The notes beneath the pieces are model-generated. The model was not told where the DNA came from and did not search any database. It saw only the letters and a list, made by a program, of their open reading frames with translations. From the NCBI GenBank assembly GCA_964386465.1, contig CAYLTU010000002.1:1-55061 (forward strand): 55,061 bases of DNA, in the 5' to 3' direction. The position numbers and the translations under genes were made by a program. This DNA is from an uncultured Rhodospirillaceae bacterium. Lineage in GTDB: Bacteria > Pseudomonadota > Alphaproteobacteria > UBA8366 > GCA-2717185. Of the stretch, positions 26,854 to 35,601 are shown in pieces. Every line of letters starts with the position of its first letter. The first letter of the stretch is position 1.

Positions 26854-26938
26854 GCTGTCTTCCTGTCTTTGCCGAAATACCGCCCGTCAGGCGGAAACGA
26901 TTCGACCGCGCGGGAGGGCTCCGCTGGTATTGGGCGCC

Positions 26939-28180
26939 TTACTGGTCGCGGATATCGATATTGATTTCGACCATCATGCCGGGGCGCAGCTTGCGGTCCT
27001 TTTGGTCGATCGCGATGCGCACGGGCAGCCGCTGCGTGATCTTCGTAAAATTGCCGCTTGGGTTGGGGCTCGGCAGCAGCGCGAACTCGGCAGTAGTCGA
27101 ATTCCCGATCGCGATGACATGTCCAACGAAGTCCAGCTCCGTATTGTCGTTGTCGGGAGATTCGATGCCCACAACGCTGAGAACCCGGTCGATCGATCCT
27201 TCGCCCGGATAGGCGTCGACCGCGACGTCGACCTTCTGACCGATGCGCAGCTTGCGGACTTCGGTTTCCTTGACGTTGGCTTCGATCCAGATCGTGTCCG
27301 GATTGTGCACCAGCGCCAGCCGCTGCCCCGGCGTGACATATTCGCCGACCTCGACGAAGGTCTTGTCGACGACGCCGATCACCGGCGCGCGGATGCTGCG
27401 ATCGGCAAGATCCAGTTTCTGCTGCTGCAGTTGCGCGCGCAGCCAGCCTTCTTCGTATTTCAGCTTGGCGATCTCGCCATCCAGGACGTTTAGCCGCGCC
27501 CGCTCCGCTTCCGCTTCCAGCAGCTTGTCGCGGGCCGCCTGGACTTCCGCGACCGCCGTGCCGTACTCGCCGGCCAGCTGCTGCTCGCGCGCCGTGGCTT
27601 CGTCATGTTGCTTGCGCGATATGATCTTTTTCTGAAACAGGGATTTGGTCCGCTGCAACTCGGTCCGGGCAAGCTGTAATTGCGGCTTCAGGGAAGATAC
27701 TTCCGCCTGCGCCGTTCCGAGGACGGATTTCTGCGTCCGGTAACGGCTTTTCGTTTGCTTGTCGACGAGTCCCTTTTCGGCGACCAGACGCTGGCGCTCC
27801 GCGTCGACACCTTGCACGCGCGACACAAGCTGTTCGGTCAGCAATTCGGATTCGCGGGCATCGATTCGCACGATCACCTGCCCTTTGCCGATGTCGTCGC
27901 CTTCGCTGATACTCATTTCCGTCACCCAGCCGGCGACCCGGCTGCTGACCGTGATCAGGCTACCGGCGATACGGGCGTCGTATTCGTAGACATGGGTAAA
28001 CCGGCTGCGGACTTCCTGGAAGCCCCAATAGCCGCCCACGCCGAGCACCAAAAGGAGGATGATGTACCGAATCCAGCTCCGGTTGCGGCGTGGCGGCGGC
28101 GGTGCTGATTCCGTCGTCTTAGGTTCCGTTTCTTCGGTTTCCGATTTCGTGTCGTCTGACACTCGTACTTCCTCCTGCAA
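26939..28180 (-). CDS. HlyD/EmrA-family membrane-fusion (periplasmic adaptor) protein
   Basis: A single N-terminal TM segment (WIRYIILLLVLGVGGYWGF) is followed by a long coiled-coil region. The C-terminal barrel has the block FTKITQRLPVRIAID. Confidence 0.9.
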   Translation of the reverse strand: MQEEVRVSDDTKSETEETEPKTTESAPPPPRRNRSWIRYIILLLVLGVGGYWGFQEVRSRFTHVYEYDARIAGSLITVSSRVAGWVTEMSISEGDDIGKGQVIVRIDARESELLTEQLVSRVQGVDAERQRLVAEKGLVDKQTKSRYRTQKSVLGTAQAEVSSLKPQLQLARTELQRTKSLFQKKIISRKQHDEATAREQQLAGEYGTAVAEVQAARDKLLEAEAERARLNVLDGEIAKLKYEEGWLRAQLQQQKLDLADRSIRAPVIGVVDKTFVEVGEYVTPGQRLALVHNPDTIWIEANVKETEVRKLRIGQKVDVAVDAYPGEGSIDRVLSVVGIESPDNDNTELDFVGHVIAIGNSTTAEFALLPSPNPSGNFTKITQRLPVRIAIDQKDRKLRPGMMVEINIDIRDQ

Positions 28181-28492
28181 TAACGCCGCGCTCCTGCCGG
28201 GATATCGACGACCTTCCCTTTGGCGTTACGCCTGTCTGGCGTCCGACCGGAAAGTGTTTTCCCGCCGCAAGCACGATCCGCCGCCGAATTCCAAAGAATG
28301 TGGCGTACGACCGCACAACAAAATTCGGCTGCTTCGGATGCCAAAGGCGGTGGCAAAGCGCTCTAAATCTCAATGTCCTGAATCATACACATCTGCGCAG
28401 TCGGATCAATATTACCGCTGATGAGGGATTCGTTGCGCGGCCAATCCGGTTGCTTTTAGATATGAGTGTTACACTGGAAAAGGGAAATTCCG

Positions 28493-29434
28493 ATGTCGAG
28501 AGTGATTACAGTGGGCGGCGCGCAGATGGGGCCGATCGCGCGCGCGGACAGCCGGGCGGTGGTGGTCGAGCGTATGATCGGGCTGCTCGATACCGCGCAC
28601 GCGCGCGGCTGCGCCCTCGTCGTCTTTCCGGAATTGGCCTTGACGACCTTCTTCCCGCGCTGGTGGATGGAAAGCCAGAACGAGATCGATTCCTTCTTCG
28701 AGAGCGAGATGCCGGGGCCGGAAACACAACCCCTGTTCGACCGGGCGCGCGAACACGGCATCGGCTTCTATCTCGGCTATGCGGAGAAGACGGTAGAGGA
28801 CGGTGAGACGCACCGCTACAACACGGCGATCCTGGTCGATCAGGAGGCCAACATCGTCGGCCGATACCGCAAGGTGCATCTGCCCGGCCACTACGAACAC
28901 GAACCGGAGCGTCCCTGGCAGCATCTCGAAAAGGGCTATTTCGAGGTCGGCGATCTCGGCTTCCCGGTATGGCGCACGATGGGCGGCGTGATGGGCATGT
29001 GCCTGTGCAACGACCGGCGCTGGCCCGAAACCTTCCGCGTCATGGGGATGAAGGGGGTCGAGATGGTGATGCTCGGCTACAACACGCCGGCCGCGAACGC
29101 CGTCGGGCCGGAACCATTCCACGTCCGCATGATGCACAACCACATCACCATGCAGGCCGGCGCCTACCAGAACGGGACCTGGGTCGTCGGCGTCGCCAAG
29201 GCCGGGCCGGAGGAGGGCTGCGACCTGATGGGCGGCAGCGTCATCGTCGCGCCCTCGGGCGAGATCGTCGCCCAGGCGCATACCTTGGGGGACGAGTTGA
29301 TCGTCGCCGAATGCGACCTCGACGAATGCACCTTCAACAAGACGACGATCTTCAATTTCGAAGCGCACCGCCGTCCGGAGCACTACAAGATCATCACCGA
29401 ACAGGTCGGCGTGACCCCGCCGCCGGAGGAATAA
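28493..29434 (+). CDS. N-carbamoyl-D-amino-acid hydrolase (D-carbamoylase; nitrilase superfamily)
   Basis: Collinear with my recollection of Agrobacterium DCase: GPIARA, FPELALTTFFPRW, EMPGP, YRKVHLPGH, LCNDRRWPE, FNFEAHRRPEHY. The Glu-Lys-Cys catalytic triad contexts are all present. Confidence 0.9.
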   Translation: MSRVITVGGAQMGPIARADSRAVVVERMIGLLDTAHARGCALVVFPELALTTFFPRWWMESQNEIDSFFESEMPGPETQPLFDRAREHGIGFYLGYAEKTVEDGETHRYNTAILVDQEANIVGRYRKVHLPGHYEHEPERPWQHLEKGYFEVGDLGFPVWRTMGGVMGMCLCNDRRWPETFRVMGMKGVEMVMLGYNTPAANAVGPEPFHVRMMHNHITMQAGAYQNGTWVVGVAKAGPEEGCDLMGGSVIVAPSGEIVAQAHTLGDELIVAECDLDECTFNKTTIFNFEAHRRPEHYKIITEQVGVTPPPEE

Positions 29435-29438
29435 CGCG

Positions 29439-30095
29439 ATGACCGAATCCATCGTCGTCATCAACCCGAACTCGACCGCCGCTTGCACCGAGGCGATCGA
29501 TACGGCGATGCAACCGCTGCGCATGGCGGGCGGGCCGGGGATCGAGTGCGTCACCATGGCGGAGGGTCCAGCGGGAATCGAAAGCCAGCACGATTCCGAC
29601 AGCATCATCATGCCGCTCTGCGACTACATCCATGCGCGGGACAACGAGGCGGGCGCGTTCGTTATCGCCTGTTTCAGCGACCCGGGCCTGCACGCCGCGC
29701 GCGAGAAGACGGACCATCCGGTGCTGGGTATCGCCGAATCCGCCTATATGACGGCAATGACCCAGGGGGAAAAATTCGGCGTCATTTCGATCCTGGAACC
29801 GTCGGTGAAGCGGCACGGTCGCTATGTGCGGCAAATGGGCATCGCAGCGCGCAGCGCCGGCGACCGCGCCATCGGTCTCGGCGTGGTCGAACTCGCCCAG
29901 GCGGACAAGGTGCTCGACCGCATGATCGAGACGGGCCGCGCCTTGCGCGACGAGGACGGCGCCGACGTGCTGATCCTCGGCTGCGCCGGCATGGCGCGCT
30001 ACCGCGACCGGGTTTCCGACGCACTGAAGGTTCCGGTCGTCGAGCCGACTCAATCCGCTGTTACGATGGCGTTGGGACGGCTGCGCTGCGGGTAG
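29439..30095 (+). CDS. Asp/Glu/hydantoin racemase family protein (hydantoin racemase-like)
   Basis: 218 aa. Blocks VINPNST, FVIACFSDPGL and VLILGCAGM provide the two catalytic Cys contexts. It lies 4 nt downstream of the carbamoylase gene. Confidence 0.85.
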   Translation: MTESIVVINPNSTAACTEAIDTAMQPLRMAGGPGIECVTMAEGPAGIESQHDSDSIIMPLCDYIHARDNEAGAFVIACFSDPGLHAAREKTDHPVLGIAESAYMTAMTQGEKFGVISILEPSVKRHGRYVRQMGIAARSAGDRAIGLGVVELAQADKVLDRMIETGRALRDEDGADVLILGCAGMARYRDRVSDALKVPVVEPTQSAVTMALGRLRCG

Positions 30096-30159
30096 CGGCG
30101 TTGGTGCTGTTGATGTTGGATTGACGACATCGTTGGAACAGCCAATTTTTGATAATTTA

Positions 30160-30177
30160 CATTTGTATTTACAAATG
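30160..30177. promoter_or_regulatory. Perfect palindrome CATTTGTA-TT-TACAAATG upstream of brnT (candidate operator/promoter)
   Basis: 8-bp arms with a 2-nt spacer, 12 nt upstream of the brnT ATG, inside an AT-rich stretch. It overlaps possible -35 TTGATA (30149-30154) and -10-like TACAAA hexamers. Confidence 0.35.
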
Positions 30178-30188
30178 ATATTGTTTCC

Positions 30189-30485
30189 ATGACCGAATTC
30201 GAGTGGGACGATGTTAAGAGCGCCGAGAATTTGGCCAAGCATGGCCTCAGTTTCGAAGAAGCTGCGCGAATTTTCCAAGGCTTCGTACTGACAAATGTCG
30301 ATGACCGTGAAGATTACCGAGAAGTACGAGAAATCAGCCTCGGATTACTGGAAGGGCTGGTCGTTCTAAGTGTTGCGCACACGGACCGGAGTGGCGTCAC
30401 TCGAATTATCTCGGCTCGGAAAGCGACAAGAGCGGAGCGGAGCCTATTTTATGAGTATCTCGAAAAAGCGATTGGCGGAAATTGA
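30189..30485 (+). CDS. brnT: BrnT-family (DUF497) type II toxin
   Basis: MTEFEWDDVKSAENLAKHGLSFEEAARIF...TRIISARKATRAERSLY-like tail, characteristic of the BrnT/DUF497 family. Confidence 0.9.
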   Translation: MTEFEWDDVKSAENLAKHGLSFEEAARIFQGFVLTNVDDREDYREVREISLGLLEGLVVLSVAHTDRSGVTRIISARKATRAERSLFYEYLEKAIGGN

Positions 30486-30708
30486 CGCGATTGAGGATGA
30501 CGAGATCGATACGTCCGACATTCCGGAACTGGATCGATCTTTCTTTGAGAATGCGCGATTTCTCATACCGAGCGTTTCGGCCAAAAGAACGGTAACGATG
30601 CGCTTGGATCAGGATGTATTTGATTGGTTTAAGGGCCAGGGCAAAGGGCATCTTACGCGAATGAATGCCGTGCTCAGGGCCTACATGCTATCCAGGCAAT
30701 CTGATTGA
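30451..30708 (+). CDS. brnA: BrnA-family antitoxin
   Basis: Start at the ATG at 30451, overlapping brnT by 35 nt. The block DDEIDTSDIPELDRSFFENA...VTMRLDQDVFDWFKGQGKGHLTRMNAVLRAYM matches the BrnA pattern. Confidence 0.85.
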   Translation: MSISKKRLAEIDAIEDDEIDTSDIPELDRSFFENARFLIPSVSAKRTVTMRLDQDVFDWFKGQGKGHLTRMNAVLRAYMLSRQSD

Positions 30709-30733
30709 ACAATCATTCGTTTAGGCCGCTCGC

Positions 30734-31588
30734 CTAACGCGCCTTGTTCCGTGTATAGTCGCAGACCGTCTCGATTAGCTTGGTCATCACCCGGCGCTGT
30801 TCGTCGAAATGCCCGTCGCGCTTCTTCATGTTGCGCTCGTCCCAATAGAGCCGGCGGTTGATCTCGATCTGAAGGCTGTGACGATCCTTGTCCGGATCGC
30901 TGTAGGCGCGGACCAGTTCGACACCCTTTTGCCCGTCATTTATGCCGACATGGAAGCCGAAGCCGGCCAACGTCTCGCGCACCAGTTCGGTGAACTCGGC
31001 GCCGGCGGTCGTGCCGTCGCGATTCCCCAGCACGTAGTCGTTTTCGTTCGGCTCGCCGGCCTTCTCGAATCCGGTCGCCCATTTCGACGGCATCGAATGG
31101 CAGTTGATGTGCCAGGCGGCGCCGAAGTTTTCATGCGTCGCGTCGAGTGTCTCGCGCAAGGTGTCGTGATAGGGCCGCCAGTATCGTTCGATACGATTTC
31201 TGACCTCCGCAACCGAGAGCTTGCGTTCGTAGATCGCCTTGCGGTCGCGGCCGGATTGGGTGCGGATCAGCCCCATGCCCGACTTGGTCTTGTGGCTTAC
31301 CTCCAGCGGATGCGGCCAGTCGCCGTCCAGCATGTCCGGATCGATGTCCGCCGGCGACCGGTTGGGATCGATATACATGCGGCTGAACTCGGCCGCGATC
31401 AGCGGCGCGCCATGGTCGGGGGCGGCGGCGAAGAGTTCCTCGACATGAGGGTCCTCTCCGCGCCGCAGCATCGACAGCGGCACGACGTAATCGAAATCGT
31501 CCGGGTAATGGCTGCCGCTGTGCGGCGAATCGAACACCACGGGGGCGGGATCGCCGCGCGGCGGGATGACGGTGACGGGGACTTGCAT
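30734..31588 (-). CDS. N-formylglutamate amidohydrolase (FGase) family protein
   Basis: Blocks: VFDSPHSGSHYP, YIDPNRS, INCHSMPS. The start lies 2 nt after the stop of the upstream hydantoinase gene. Confidence 0.85.
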   Translation of the reverse strand: MQVPVTVIPPRGDPAPVVFDSPHSGSHYPDDFDYVVPLSMLRRGEDPHVEELFAAAPDHGAPLIAAEFSRMYIDPNRSPADIDPDMLDGDWPHPLEVSHKTKSGMGLIRTQSGRDRKAIYERKLSVAEVRNRIERYWRPYHDTLRETLDATHENFGAAWHINCHSMPSKWATGFEKAGEPNENDYVLGNRDGTTAGAEFTELVRETLAGFGFHVGINDGQKGVELVRAYSDPDKDRHSLQIEINRRLYWDERNMKKRDGHFDEQRRVMTKLIETVCDYTRNKAR

Positions 31589-31590
31589 GA

Positions 31591-33057
31591 TCAGAACAGG
31601 ATTTGCGCGCCGAAATTGCGTTTTGGATCGAGTTCACGCTGCACGCGGCCGAGCGGCTTGGCGCTGTCCGGCATATCGCAGGGCTGGAATACGCCGCTGC
31701 CTTGTTCGACGTGCAGTTCGCCATCGTCGACCACAACCCGCCCGCGGCTCAGCACGGTGACCGGCCAACCGGTCAGTTCCATGCCTTCGTAGGGTGTGTA
31801 GCCTGTATTGTCGTGCAGCATCTCGGCGGTCACCGTCACGTTGCGGTCAGGGTCCCAGATCGCCATGTCCGCATCGGCGCCGATGGCGATCGTTCCCTTG
31901 CGCGGATAGAGCCCGTAGATCTTCGCGTGCGCCGTCGAGGTTATGTCGACGAAGCGGTGAATATCGATGCGGCCCTTGCCGACACCTTCGGAGAACAGCA
32001 ACGGCAGGCGCAGCTCGATACCGGGCACGCCGTTTGCGATCTCCTTGAAGGAAGGGTTGGGTCCGGCCTTGAGCTTGCCGGTCTCGTCGAAGCGGTAGGG
32101 TGCGTGGTCTGAAGAGACGACCTGGAAGACGCCGGTCTGTATGCCGTGCCAGATCGCTTCCTGGCCCGCCTTGTCGCGCGGCGGCGGGCTGCAGCAGAAC
32201 ATAGCGCCGTCCATACCGTCGCGGTCGAGATCGTCGAGGGTGAGAAATAGATATTGCGGACAGGTCTCGCCATAGACCTTCAGGCCCTTGGCCTGCGCCA
32301 TGCGGATCTCCTCCATCGCCTCCTCTGCCGAGACATGGACGATCAGCAGCGGCGTATCCAGTAGCCGTCCGAGCGATATCGCGCGGTGCGTCGCTTCGCC
32401 TTCGGCGACTTCGGCATGGCTGACGCCATGATAGACCGGTGCCCGGTTGCCGCCGTCGATCAGCCGTCCGGCCAGCCAGCGGATCATGTCCCAGTTCTCT
32501 GCATGGATCATGGTCAGCGCGCCTTCGCGCCGTGCGGTCGAAAGCACTTCGAGCATCTGGTAATCGTCGAGCTTGGTGCCGTCATAGGTCATGTAGACTT
32601 TGAACGACGTGTAACCGTCGCGGATCAGCGCCGGCAGTTCCTGGCCCAGCACCTGTTCGGTCGGGTCGGTGATGATCAGATGGACGGCGTAGTCGATGAC
32701 CGCCTTGGCGTCGCCGCGCGCGCGGTAATCCTCGACGATGGTGCGCGCGGACTGGCCGCGGTGCTGGGCGGCAAATGGGATGATCGTCGTCGTGCCGCCG
32801 AACGCCGCGGCGACCGTGCCGCTGTGGAAGTCGTCGGCGCACATCACGCCCATGCCGGACACTTGTTCGATATGGCAATGGCTGTCGATCCCGCCGGGAA
32901 GAACCAGCTTGCCGGAGGCGTCGATCTCGCGTCCACCGTCGTCCAATCCGCTGCCCAGCGCGGCGATCTTGCCGTCGCGCACGCCCACATCGCAAACGGT
33001 CCTGTCGGTCGCCGTGATGACCTCGCCGCCGCGTATGACCAGATCGTAAGCTGCCAT
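31591..33057 (-). CDS. D-hydantoinase / dihydropyrimidinase (cyclic amidohydrolase)
   Basis: 488 aa. N-terminus YDLVIRGGEVI, metal-ligand motif GGIDSHCH, carboxylated-Lys context SFKVYMTY, and blocks IHAEN and VSSDHAP. Confidence 0.92.
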   Translation of the reverse strand: MAAYDLVIRGGEVITATDRTVCDVGVRDGKIAALGSGLDDGGREIDASGKLVLPGGIDSHCHIEQVSGMGVMCADDFHSGTVAAAFGGTTTIIPFAAQHRGQSARTIVEDYRARGDAKAVIDYAVHLIITDPTEQVLGQELPALIRDGYTSFKVYMTYDGTKLDDYQMLEVLSTARREGALTMIHAENWDMIRWLAGRLIDGGNRAPVYHGVSHAEVAEGEATHRAISLGRLLDTPLLIVHVSAEEAMEEIRMAQAKGLKVYGETCPQYLFLTLDDLDRDGMDGAMFCCSPPPRDKAGQEAIWHGIQTGVFQVVSSDHAPYRFDETGKLKAGPNPSFKEIANGVPGIELRLPLLFSEGVGKGRIDIHRFVDITSTAHAKIYGLYPRKGTIAIGADADMAIWDPDRNVTVTAEMLHDNTGYTPYEGMELTGWPVTVLSRGRVVVDDGELHVEQGSGVFQPCDMPDSAKPLGRVQRELDPKRNFGAQILF

Positions 33058-33187
33058 CGATCGCCTCCCGCCGTCATTGCTTCGGGCGCAACTTTACAAC
33101 CCGTCGCGGCCTGTACAAACGATTACCGACCCTTGCAACGCCACTACTTATCGGTAAAAGGGGCGCTGCACGGAATTTGGAGCCCCC

Positions 33188-33577
33188 ATGAACGATTCAT
33201 TCGCACCCGACGCCGACTCCTACCATCGGTTTCTCGACTATTCGGTCGTCGAAGCTGGCGACGGTTTCGTACGGCTCGAAATGACCGGCTTCGATTGTCA
33301 CCGAAACCGGCAGGACTACATCCATGGCGGTGTGTTGATGTCGCTCATGGATATCGCCGGTATCATGGCGGGTGTCCGGGGGGGCGGCAACGAGCGTAAG
33401 GCCGTGACGGTCAATCTGAACTGCAATTTCCTAGCCACCGCCATGGGAAAGACGGTGCACGCGGAGGGGCGCTTAATTCGCAAAGGCCGCTCCATGTTTT
33501 TCTGCGACCTGCGCGTGGTCGATGCCGCCACGGGAAAGATCTATTCGACCGGGCAGGGTGCCTATAAGTTTCTTTAG
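33188..33577 (+). CDS. PaaI/hotdog-fold thioesterase family protein
   Basis: 129 aa. The YIHGGVLMSLMDIAG block is typical of PaaI-type thioesterases. Confidence 0.8.
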   Translation: MNDSFAPDADSYHRFLDYSVVEAGDGFVRLEMTGFDCHRNRQDYIHGGVLMSLMDIAGIMAGVRGGGNERKAVTVNLNCNFLATAMGKTVHAEGRLIRKGRSMFFCDLRVVDAATGKIYSTGQGAYKFL

Positions 33578-34305
33578 CGGCGCGCGCCGCCAATCAATAC
33601 GACATTGCCGTGCAGGTGAAGGATCTGCGGCGTCAGGCCCGCGGCGGGAAACCAGTCGAGATAGTCGGTCAGGCTCGCCGGCCGGTTGTCCGTACCGAGA
33701 TCGTCCTGATAGGCATGGAAACTATCGGCCGTTCGCATGCCCCTGCCGTGCACCTGCTCGATCCGCGACCAGATACTCTGCTGCAGCGGAAACAGCGCCG
33801 ACTCGGTCAGGCGTATCCGATCGTACAGCAGAAAAAAGCCGCCCGGCGCCAGGCGCCCGGCCGCGTAACCGATAACCGCCTGTTTTGCGGAATCCGGCAG
33901 ATCGTGGAAGGTCAGCGCCGTGCAGATCGCGCCGTAGTTCCGGTCGGGTATCGCGATCTCGGTGATCTTCTCCAAATCGCCTTCGACCGCCGTGAAGGCG
34001 CTGCCGGCAAGATTGGCGCTTGCCTGTTGCAAGGCATCGGGGTTCCGGTCGACACCGACGATGGAAAGGCCGGGATGCTTTTCGAGGACGAGGTGCGCCA
34101 CGTAACCGACGCCACAGCCCAATTCGAGGACCGCTTCACCGTCCAGGACGGTCTCCGCGATCAAGGCCGCGAGAATGTCGAGCTGTTCGCCGCGTGTCGG
34201 ATGTCGTTGAACCGGATCGTCCAAGGGTCTCTCCTGATTTTTTTCGATGGATCGAGTGACGCCGCATAATGTCAGCGAAGTGCGGCAATATATGAAACGA
34301 CTCAT
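33574..34305 (-). CDS. Class I SAM-dependent methyltransferase
   Basis: SAM motif I VLELGCGVGY, followed by GVDRNPDAL and the motif post-I/II spacing. Its stop overlaps the convergent thioesterase stop by 4 nt. Confidence 0.8.
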   Translation of the reverse strand: MSRFIYCRTSLTLCGVTRSIEKNQERPLDDPVQRHPTRGEQLDILAALIAETVLDGEAVLELGCGVGYVAHLVLEKHPGLSIVGVDRNPDALQQASANLAGSAFTAVEGDLEKITEIAIPDRNYGAICTALTFHDLPDSAKQAVIGYAAGRLAPGGFFLLYDRIRLTESALFPLQQSIWSRIEQVHGRGMRTADSFHAYQDDLGTDNRPASLTDYLDWFPAAGLTPQILHLHGNVVLIGGARR

Positions 34306-34469
34306 TACTTCGCTTCGATTGCAGTTGTTTTTACCTCAACATGGCGAAGCTAGAGAATACAAAAAAACGAATTATTAACCTTATGTTATAGTATTATCTG
34401 CGGATAGAATCGTGTCCCCGTTTGTGCAACGGGGCCGTTGGCGATGAGTTTGAGTTTGGAAGGCATGAA

Positions 34470-35573
34470 ATGACCGAATTGGGCGGTGACGCGCTTTTCG
34501 CGTTGGCACGGGATAAATCGGCGGACGGGCGGAAGGCTTTGGTCGAAGCGATCGGGTCCCTGTCGGCCGGCGAAGGATCGCCTTTGACGGATCGCGAACG
34601 CGGCCTGATGTTCGATATTCTCGGTCACCTCGTGCATGAAACGGAAATGTCGGTGCGCCGAACCGTAAGCGCCTGTCTTGCGGAGTTGCCGGATGCGCCC
34701 CGCGACCTGATCCGGCTGCTTGCGAACGACGATATCGAAATCGCCTATCCTGTACTGACCAATAGCGGCGTCCTGCAGGACGACGACCTGATCGAGGTGG
34801 TCAGTCACCGCACGCAGGAACATCAACTCGCCATCACAATCCGCAGCACCATCAACGAGGCGGTATCGGACGCGCTGGTTGAAACCGGAAACGAGAATGT
34901 CATCCGGTCCCTGTTGAAGAACACCGACGCCAAAATCTCCCGCAGCACGATGGAACATCTGGTCGAGCAGTCGAAGCGCGTCGATTCCTTCCAGGAACCG
35001 ATCCTGCACCGGCGCGAACTCGACCCTGAACTGGTCAAAAACATGTTCACCTGGGTCTCTTCCGCGCTGCGCCAATACATCGTCGACGATTGGGACCTGG
35101 ATTCGGCAACCGTCGACAATTTGCTGGAACGGGCGACGGCGCGCGAGGTGCAAGCCGCTGCCTACGACGCGCGGGAACTGTCCAAGTCGCAGCAGCTGGC
35201 GGAAAACCTCGAGGCGATCGGCAAGGTGACGCCGGAAATGATGCTTGGCGTCCTGCGGGAGGGCGAAGTCGCCTTGTTCATCGCCATGTTCACACGGTTC
35301 ACCGCCCTCGACGAGACCTTCGTGCGGCGCATGCTGTTCGAGCATGGCGGCAACGCGCTGGCGATCACCTGCAAGGCGGCGGGCATAGGCAAGGCGATCT
35401 TCGCGTCGATCTTCGCGCTGACACGCAACAAGCAGAATTCGGACGAGGAAGACTTGCGCAAGGAAACCCGGCAGTGCCTTGCGATATACAACAAGACGTC
35501 GCGCGACAAGGCGATGGAAACGGTCCAGCGCTGGCAGGCGAACAACGCCGCCATGAGCGCGTTGAAACAATAG
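34470..35573 (+). CDS. DUF2336 domain-containing protein (paralogue 3)
   Basis: Start set at the ATG at 34470 (MTELGGDALF...). Core: LANDDIEIAYPVLTNSGVLQDDDLIEVVSHRTQEHQLAITIRSTI...SDALVETGNENVIRSLLKN. An AT-rich leader precedes it. Confidence 0.8.
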   Translation: MTELGGDALFALARDKSADGRKALVEAIGSLSAGEGSPLTDRERGLMFDILGHLVHETEMSVRRTVSACLAELPDAPRDLIRLLANDDIEIAYPVLTNSGVLQDDDLIEVVSHRTQEHQLAITIRSTINEAVSDALVETGNENVIRSLLKNTDAKISRSTMEHLVEQSKRVDSFQEPILHRRELDPELVKNMFTWVSSALRQYIVDDWDLDSATVDNLLERATAREVQAAAYDARELSKSQQLAENLEAIGKVTPEMMLGVLREGEVALFIAMFTRFTALDETFVRRMLFEHGGNALAITCKAAGIGKAIFASIFALTRNKQNSDEEDLRKETRQCLAIYNKTSRDKAMETVQRWQANNAAMSALKQ

Positions 35574-35601
35574 TGGATTGTATCCACTAGAGGCGGGCCT
35601 T

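Noticed and set aside
30721-30737. TTAGGC-cgctc-GCCTAA hairpin between convergent brnA and the FGase gene as a bidirectional terminator.
   Set aside because: The stem is only 6 bp, overlaps the FGase stop codon, and has no flanking T or A runs. It is mentioned under the TA finding but not called as a terminator.
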